IMG/VR virus record: IMGVR_UViG_3300026613_000128
Origin: a virus
Length of the DNA stretch: 37,150 bases
Direction: 5' to 3' (one strand)
Of this stretch, positions 31,930 to 37,150 are shown piece after piece; the stretch's first letter is position 1, and every line of letters begins with the position of its first letter. The notes beneath the pieces were generated by a model. It did no database searches, was not told the origin of the DNA, and saw only the letters and a program-made list of their open reading frames with translations. Position numbers and translations under genes: made by a program.

Positions 31930-32035
31930 GCGCATAAATGGAGAGGAACCTTTGCTAGTATGAGACGAGTAATTTAAATCTTTTCATTGATGTGTTTGGT
32001 CAATTGGTTAGTCGGCTGAAAGTAAAGGCAAAAGT

Positions 32036-32656
32036 ATGAGAATTGTTGTGGATGGTGATCTGCTGGAGCTCACAGAAGAGCAGGTTGAGATGTTCGAGGG
32101 GCTTACTACGTTGCGGCGCAATGTGGCTTTGAAGAAGCTCACAGGGCTCAGTGATGTGGAGGCCTATCGCCAGGGAGGTGGTAAAGCCAAAAGCTTGACT
32201 TCACAGACATCATCTGCAGCTGACATCCTGACAAATCCTGACGTTCGGGCTTTCATTGATTCTTTTAATGGGTATCTGGTTTCAAAGTCTATTATGGGGC
32301 GTCAGGAGATGCTGCAGCGCTTAACTGCAATGGCCCGTACTGATATGACTGATCTGGTTGATATCAAAAATAGGGTGGTTGTAGAGGATCCTGAGATGGG
32401 TGTTATTGAGCAGTCATTTTGGGCGCTTAAGGATGTGGATGAAATGGATGCCGATTCGCGGGCTGCTATTAGTGAGCTGACGGCAACGCGTGGAGAGCTT
32501 AAAATAAAGATTCATGATCAAAAGGCCGCTATGAAACAGATTGCTGAAATTGAGGGATTTAATGCCCCTATTGAGCATGATGTGATAGTGGCCCCGAAGG
32601 GGTTCAATGACTTCTACAGCAATGAGGATGCCAACGACTCAACAGAAGAGACCTAG
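32036..32656 (+). CDS. terS: Terminase small subunit (Terminase_2-like)
   Basis: ..EQVEMFEGLTTLRRNVALKKLTGLSDVEAYRQGGGKAKSLTSQTSSAADILTNPDVRAFI.. matches the HTH region of Terminase_2 small subunits. It lies immediately upstream of terL and overlaps it. Confidence 0.75.
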   Translation: MRIVVDGDLLELTEEQVEMFEGLTTLRRNVALKKLTGLSDVEAYRQGGGKAKSLTSQTSSAADILTNPDVRAFIDSFNGYLVSKSIMGRQEMLQRLTAMARTDMTDLVDIKNRVVVEDPEMGVIEQSFWALKDVDEMDADSRAAISELTATRGELKIKIHDQKAAMKQIAEIEGFNAPIEHDVIVAPKGFNDFYSNEDANDSTEET

Positions 32657-34070
32657 CCTAAATCCGGCTTTAAAACCATTCTGGCAAACCAAGGCAGACC
32701 TTAAAATATTAAAGGGGGGTAGAGCCTCCTCAAAAACGTGGGATGCTGCAGGCTTCGCTATCTACCTGGCGCGTACATATAGGGTTAAATTCCTATGTAT
32801 GCGCCAGTTTCAGAACAAAATCCAAGAATCAGTATATGCCGTTTTGAAGGTTCAGATTGAGCGCTTTGGATTATCCTCAGAATTTGAGATTTTAAAATCA
32901 ACTATTCGTCACCGTAAGACGAAATCAGAATTTCATTTTTATGGCATTCACAGAAATATTGCCGAAATTAAAGGTTTTGAGGGTGCTGATATTGGGTGGA
33001 TTGAGGAGGGTGAGGGACTCACTCAAGAGCAGTGGAAACATATTGAGCCAACCCTTAGAAAGGAGGGCGCTGAATGCTGGTTGCTCTATAATCCTCGCTT
33101 GCAAAATGACTTTGTTGAAACCCTCCAGGATAAAGAATCATTAGAGTTTGATCCAAGAACCAAGCTTTATAAAACAGCTGATAAGTCTGTTTTGGTTCGC
33201 CACATTAATTACGATGAAAATCCCTTTTTGTCAGCTACTATGCTGCGCAAAATCAATCGTCTTAAGCGTCTTGATTATGATGAATATGAGCATATCTATC
33301 TGGGTATAGCCATAACTGATGATGATCATGTAATCATTAAAATGTCGTGGCTTGAGGCGGCTGTGGATGCTCATATTAAGTTGGGTATTGAGCCTAAAGG
33401 TAAGAAAAGAATTGGCTTTGATATCGCCGATGATGGCCCTGATTTATGCTCTCAGGTATACCGTCATGGAATTGTTGCGCTATGGGGTGAAAACTGGAAG
33501 GGTAAAGAGGACGAAATTTTAAAAAGCTGTACCAGGGTTTTCAATAAAGCAATTGAGCTTGGTGCATCGATAAATTATGACTCTATTGGTGTGGGGGCAT
33601 CTGCAGGGGGTAAATTCAGTGACCTCAATGATGCCCGAGAAGAGGCGGGTTTAGCCGGTAGAGTGCGCTATTCCAAGTTTGTTGCCGGGGGCGGCGTGGT
33701 GGATCCTGACGGGTTTTATATTGAAACAGACGATGAGCAGGTGGCTAATAAGGATTTCTTCTGCAATCTCAAGACGCAAGCTTGGTGGGGTGTGGGGGAT
33801 CTGTTTAGAAATACATACAATGCAGTAACGCATGGCGAAAAATTTGAGGAAGATGAGCTTATCAGTATTAGCTCTGATATGCCTGGCTTAAAAAACCTCC
33901 TGGTTCAGCTGTCAACTGTACGGCGTGACTTTAGCAAGACTGGTCAAGTGAAAGCTGAGGGTAAAGATGATTTGGCTAAAAGGGGTGTTAATTCGCCAAA
34001 TGATGCGGATGCCTTTATTATGGCTTATGCGCCTGAAGAGGCTGAGTCAATTGGATTTTTGGATTTTTAA
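32607..34070 (+). CDS. terL: Terminase large subunit (PBSX/Terminase_3-6 type)
   Basis: LKILKGGRASSKTW is the Walker-A-like P-loop and ..DIGWIEEGE.. is Walker B. The C-terminal nuclease part includes IGFDIADDG.. and ..SPNDADAFIMAY. SD gaagggg. Confidence 0.9.
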   Translation: MTSTAMRMPTTQQKRPSLNPALKPFWQTKADLKILKGGRASSKTWDAAGFAIYLARTYRVKFLCMRQFQNKIQESVYAVLKVQIERFGLSSEFEILKSTIRHRKTKSEFHFYGIHRNIAEIKGFEGADIGWIEEGEGLTQEQWKHIEPTLRKEGAECWLLYNPRLQNDFVETLQDKESLEFDPRTKLYKTADKSVLVRHINYDENPFLSATMLRKINRLKRLDYDEYEHIYLGIAITDDDHVIIKMSWLEAAVDAHIKLGIEPKGKKRIGFDIADDGPDLCSQVYRHGIVALWGENWKGKEDEILKSCTRVFNKAIELGASINYDSIGVGASAGGKFSDLNDAREEAGLAGRVRYSKFVAGGGVVDPDGFYIETDDEQVANKDFFCNLKTQAWWGVGDLFRNTYNAVTHGEKFEEDELISISSDMPGLKNLLVQLSTVRRDFSKTGQVKAEGKDDLAKRGVNSPNDADAFIMAYAPEEAESIGFLDF

Positions 34071-34082
34071 TGGGGTGTGGAG

Positions 34083-35657
34083 ATGGCCTGGTATAACCCT
34101 TTTTCGTGGGGAAAAAAGAAACCTGATATTGTTGATGAGCCTACAGAGGAAGAGTCTGGCGGCGTCGCCGGTGATCAGTCTGGAGATGATTTTTCAACTA
34201 ACCTTAGACCCTTCCGGGCCATGAAACAAAAGGCGCTTAATCAGTGGATTCATGACAATGCCTTTCAGGTTAAGGGGTCCGATGTTTTACCGGTTGATGA
34301 TAATGGTGATCCTGTCGGTGATTCATATGCCATGGATTCTCAGACTGTTAAAGGTGCCTATACTTTGGCCGCCGGAAATCTCCCGCAAGTTTTGTTTTCG
34401 TGGTATGTGCGGCAGGGTTTTATAGGCTATCAGGCCTGCGCAATCATTGCCCAAAATGGTCTTGTGGATAGGGCGTGCTCTCTTCCTGGAAAAGATGCTT
34501 TAAAGAAGGGTTATGATTTAACTGTATGTGATGGTAGTGATGTTGATGTTTCAGTAATTGCAAAATTACGCGCTTGTGATAAGCAATTTAATCTGAGAAA
34601 ACAGCTGAAGGAATTTGATAAAAAGCATCGTGTTTTTGGTATTCGAATCGCACTCTTTGTGGTGGATTCTGACGATGAGGATTATTACTTTAAACCCTTT
34701 AATATTGATGGCATAAAGCCCGGAAGTTATAAGGGTATCGTTCAAGTTGACCCTTATTGGATTACCCCAGAGCTTGATAGTGAGGCTAGTTCCAATCCGG
34801 CTTCAATGGAGTTTTATGAGCCCACCTGGTGGCGCATTAATGGAAAGCGATACCATCGTTCACACCTGATAGTAATCCGCTATACAGAAGTGGCGGACGT
34901 TTTAAAGCCTAGCTACATTTATGGTGGGATTCCTTTACCACAGCTTATCTATGAGCGTTGCTATTCTGCTGAGCGCACTGCTAATGAAGGGCCTCAGCTG
35001 GCGATGACCAAAAGAAGGAATGTTTTAAAGACGAATATAGAAAAGGCGCTAGCCAACCAGGAGGCGCTTGAAGAGCGTTTGCAGTATGGGAATGATCTGC
35101 AAGACAACTACCAGGTTACTGTATTAGATAAAAATGAGGATTTTCAACAAACCGATACAGCGTTGGGTGATTTAGATGCTGTAATCATGACTCAATATCA
35201 GCTTGTAGCATCTTTGTCAGGGCTTCCAGCTACAAAGCTTCTCGGGACATCGCCAAAGGGTTTTGCGGCTACAGGGGTTTATGAGCAGGAGAATTATTAT
35301 GATTTGTTGGAGGGTGTTCAGGATAATTACAGCATGCTGCTGGAGCGCCATTATCAGATCCTTATCCGTTCAAAAATTGCTCCTGAAGAAAAAGTGGAGC
35401 CTTTTGAGGTAGAAATTAAATGGAAGCCTCTGAAGAGCATGACGCCCAAAGAAGAAGCTGAGGTTGGGGAAATCAAAATGCGTACAGACCAGGGGCATAT
35501 CGCTATGGGGTCTGTGGATGCTTATGAAGTGCGTGACCGTTTAATTGCTGATCCCATATCTGGCTATAATGGGCTGCAATCTTTTGAGGCTATGGAGATG
35601 ACAGACACGGAGAGCAATCAGAATGATTTGTTAGGTGCAAATTATCAATTTAATTAA
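34083..35657 (+). CDS. Portal protein (DUF1073 / HI1409 family)
   Basis: About 525-aa ORF directly after terL and before the Mu-F-like gene. The start is ATG 34083 (or GTG 34077 as listed). Confidence 0.8.
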   Translation: MAWYNPFSWGKKKPDIVDEPTEEESGGVAGDQSGDDFSTNLRPFRAMKQKALNQWIHDNAFQVKGSDVLPVDDNGDPVGDSYAMDSQTVKGAYTLAAGNLPQVLFSWYVRQGFIGYQACAIIAQNGLVDRACSLPGKDALKKGYDLTVCDGSDVDVSVIAKLRACDKQFNLRKQLKEFDKKHRVFGIRIALFVVDSDDEDYYFKPFNIDGIKPGSYKGIVQVDPYWITPELDSEASSNPASMEFYEPTWWRINGKRYHRSHLIVIRYTEVADVLKPSYIYGGIPLPQLIYERCYSAERTANEGPQLAMTKRRNVLKTNIEKALANQEALEERLQYGNDLQDNYQVTVLDKNEDFQQTDTALGDLDAVIMTQYQLVASLSGLPATKLLGTSPKGFAATGVYEQENYYDLLEGVQDNYSMLLERHYQILIRSKIAPEEKVEPFEVEIKWKPLKSMTPKEEAEVGEIKMRTDQGHIAMGSVDAYEVRDRLIADPISGYNGLQSFEAMEMTDTESNQNDLLGANYQFN

Positions 35658-35786
35658 TGTAGGTGGGGAAGGCCGGTGAGAGAAAAAGATTTGGTTTTAA
35701 GGTAGGCTTTGGTTTTGATGGCTGCAGGTTTATTTATGCAAGTGGCAATATTGCTTTGGGCTGTTTTTGGTCAATAGGATACTGAT

Positions 35787-36722
35787 ATGGCAAAGCAGCT
35801 TCTCACAAAGAAAAAGCAGCGTTGGGTAAAAATGTTTAAGCCCACTGCGGCAGTGCGCGGGGAGCCGCTTCGCTATAATGTTGCTGTGGAGCGTCGATAT
35901 GTAAAGGATATGGAAAGCCTGGTTAACCAGGTGATAGAGGAGACCGAAAAAGAGGTTAAGCGGATATTATCTACCCCAGCAGCTGAGGAGTATTTTGTTT
36001 CTGATGCTATGGATGCTGCTAATGATGGGGTGGCCATGGATGCCAGCATTGCCAGTATTGCCAGGATCGACATGAACAAGCTGACCAAACAGGTCATGCA
36101 GAAGGTTCGCGCTAAGGCCAAGTTGATGTCTAACCGCATGGTTAATGCATCTGACAAGGCTAGCAAAAGCTCCCTCCATCATAGTCTGAAGGAGATGAGT
36201 GGTGGGTTGTCGATAAAGACCAATATCAGTTCCAGTGAAATACAGAACGCTTTTAAGGCCTCAGTAAATGCCAATGTTGACCTAATAGAAACCATCAGCT
36301 CCAATTACCTGCAGCAGGTAAAAGGCGCTGTTGATAGGTCTATCCAGGGGCGTGGTGGTCTCAAAGAATTGACCCCAATCATTGATAAATTCCTTGATAG
36401 TGAGGCCAGGAAAACGCGCAACAAGGCGAAAAATGTTGCTCTGGATCAGACCCGGAAAGCTTACAATTCGCTGAATGCTGCCAGAATGGAAAAGATTGGC
36501 GTAAAAAAATTTGAGTGGATTCATTCTGGGGGTGGTCAGACTCCAAGGCCGTATCACATCGCCCCCTATCCTGAGGGGCTTAATGGTGGCATTTTCAGTA
36601 TTGATAATCCGCCAGTGATCGATCCAAAAACGGGGGAACGTGGTTTGCCAGGGCAGGCCATTGATTGTAAGTGTACAATGCGGCCAATTGTTGAATTTGA
36701 TGAGGGGGTGCAAGTTGAATAA
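35787..36722 (+). CDS. Head morphogenesis protein (Phage_Mu_F / SPP1 gp7 family)
   Basis: The C-terminal motif [17 protein letters not shown]...GQAIDCKCT matches the Mu-F signature (W.....R..H...nG...........P....nCrC). Confidence 0.85.
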   Translation: MAKQLLTKKKQRWVKMFKPTAAVRGEPLRYNVAVERRYVKDMESLVNQVIEETEKEVKRILSTPAAEEYFVSDAMDAANDGVAMDASIASIARIDMNKLTKQVMQKVRAKAKLMSNRMVNASDKASKSSLHHSLKEMSGGLSIKTNISSSEIQNAFKASVNANVDLIETISSNYLQQVKGAVDRSIQGRGGLKELTPIIDKFLDSEARKTRNKAKNVALDQTRKAYNSLNAARMEKIGVKKFEWIHSGGGQTPRPYHIAPYPEGLNGGIFSIDNPPVIDPKTGERGLPGQAIDCKCTMRPIVEFDEGVQVE

Positions 36723-37150
36723 GAAGCCTTTAAGTGAAGAAATTAGTAAGGCCATTGCTGTGGTTTATGGGATGGTTGAGCGGCGTTCTGAGATTGATGC
36801 CGCTGACCTTAATGCTATTCATGATGCCGTTGCTGAAAAATTCGCTATGGATGCCACTGAGTCCTATGCGGAAGACCCTTTTAAGTCAGATGCACAGCGA
36901 AAGTATCTTTATGCCAATGAGCCGGCTGTGGCTGAGAAATTTGCTAAGGATGAAGAGGCGCCAGCATCTCATCGCGAAACAGATATTAATGGCTGGGTTG
37001 AGATTAAAGACAATCCCATATCCAAGGTTGGTGTTTTTCCTTACCTTGGGAAAACTATTGATCGGGATGGCAAGCTGGGCCTGGATCCAAACCGATTTTA
37101 TGATGTCTATCGCCCGGCTGAGGAGCTTGCGGACCCTGAGTGTATTGAGT
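36715..37150 (+). CDS. Prohead protease/scaffold-like protein (DUF2213-like), N-terminal part; it continues at nt 100 of the window via the 99-nt overlap
   Basis: The ORF is open to the window edge. TTG at 36715 is preceded by SD gaggggg (36702-08). Alternative in-frame ATGs lie at 36700 and 36772. The phase matches the ORF ending at 1100. Confidence 0.75.
   Translation, partial: MNKKPLSEEISKAIAVVYGMVERRSEIDAADLNAIHDAVAEKFAMDATESYAEDPFKSDAQRKYLYANEPAVAEKFAKDEEAPASHRETDINGWVEIKDNPISKVGVFPYLGKTIDRDGKLGLDPNRFYDVYRPAEELADPECIE
37052..37150. repeat. Terminal overlap copy (identical to nt 1-99)
   Basis: Read directly. Confidence 0.95.

Noticed and set aside
31468-31935. 155-aa - strand ORF antisense to the alpha/beta hydrolase gene; similarly 36282-36755 (-), 682-1098 (-), 14069-14344 (-) and the many other 60-130-aa antisense or alternative-frame ORFs in the track
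   Set aside because: All lie entirely within longer ORFs that have recognisable motifs, SDs and translational coupling. Their products are compositionally biased, for example poly-Pro from antisense glycine codons at 14069-14344.
31995-32004. Shared 10-mer tttggtcaat upstream of terS (31995-32004) and upstream of the Mu-F-like gene (35766-35775), considered as a late-promoter or activator motif
   Set aside because: Many 10-mer pairs are expected by chance in a 37-kb genome. The two copies sit at different distances from their start codons (32 versus 12 nt), and no matching -10 elements are present.

Overview
The window is a complete, circularly closed genome of a contractile-tailed dsDNA phage. 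The last 99 nt (37052-37150) are identical to the first 99 nt, so the unique length is 37,051 bp, and one gene (a DUF2213-like prohead protease/scaffold) reads straight through the junction. There are four blocks. (1) 32036 -> wrap -> 14869, + strand: packaging and virion module. It runs small and large terminase, DUF1073-type portal, Mu-F-like head protein, protease/scaffold, cement-like protein and major capsid with a strong terminator. Connectors, sheath, tube, a tail chaperone with a T7 -1 frameshift site, tape measure, hub, spike, wedge, baseplate J, a DUF2612-like protein, a glycine-rich tail fibre and a small downstream gene follow. (2) 21587 -> 14875, - strand: early-left operon. It holds an AlpA-type HTH, a replisome-organiser-like gene with internal DNA repeats, a PAPS-reductase-like PP-loop enzyme, DUF3268 and DUF3850/ASCH proteins, a secreted Fn3-like protein and a DUF1367-like protein. 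(3) 21733-26861, + strand: an Erf / YqaJ-exonuclease / PolB-exo-like recombination module, then a non-canonical lysis-like cluster (3-TM protein, DUF5675 protein, 2-TM holin-like protein). A RuvC-like resolvase lies alone on the - strand at 26917-27357. (4) 27413-31929, + strand: an accessory operon just upstream of the terminase. The accessory operon is the most unusual part. It contains an unmistakable CsrA homologue at the end of a four-gene cassette, immediately followed by a protein with two tandem FtsK gamma (KOPS/XerD-interacting winged-helix) domains and no translocase motor. It also holds small membrane and zinc-ribbon proteins and an alpha/beta serine hydrolase. I could not recognise an integrase, CI-type repressor, DNA polymerase, helicase/primase, tRNA or CRISPR array. 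All family assignments come from motif recognition by eye and need HMM or structure confirmation.
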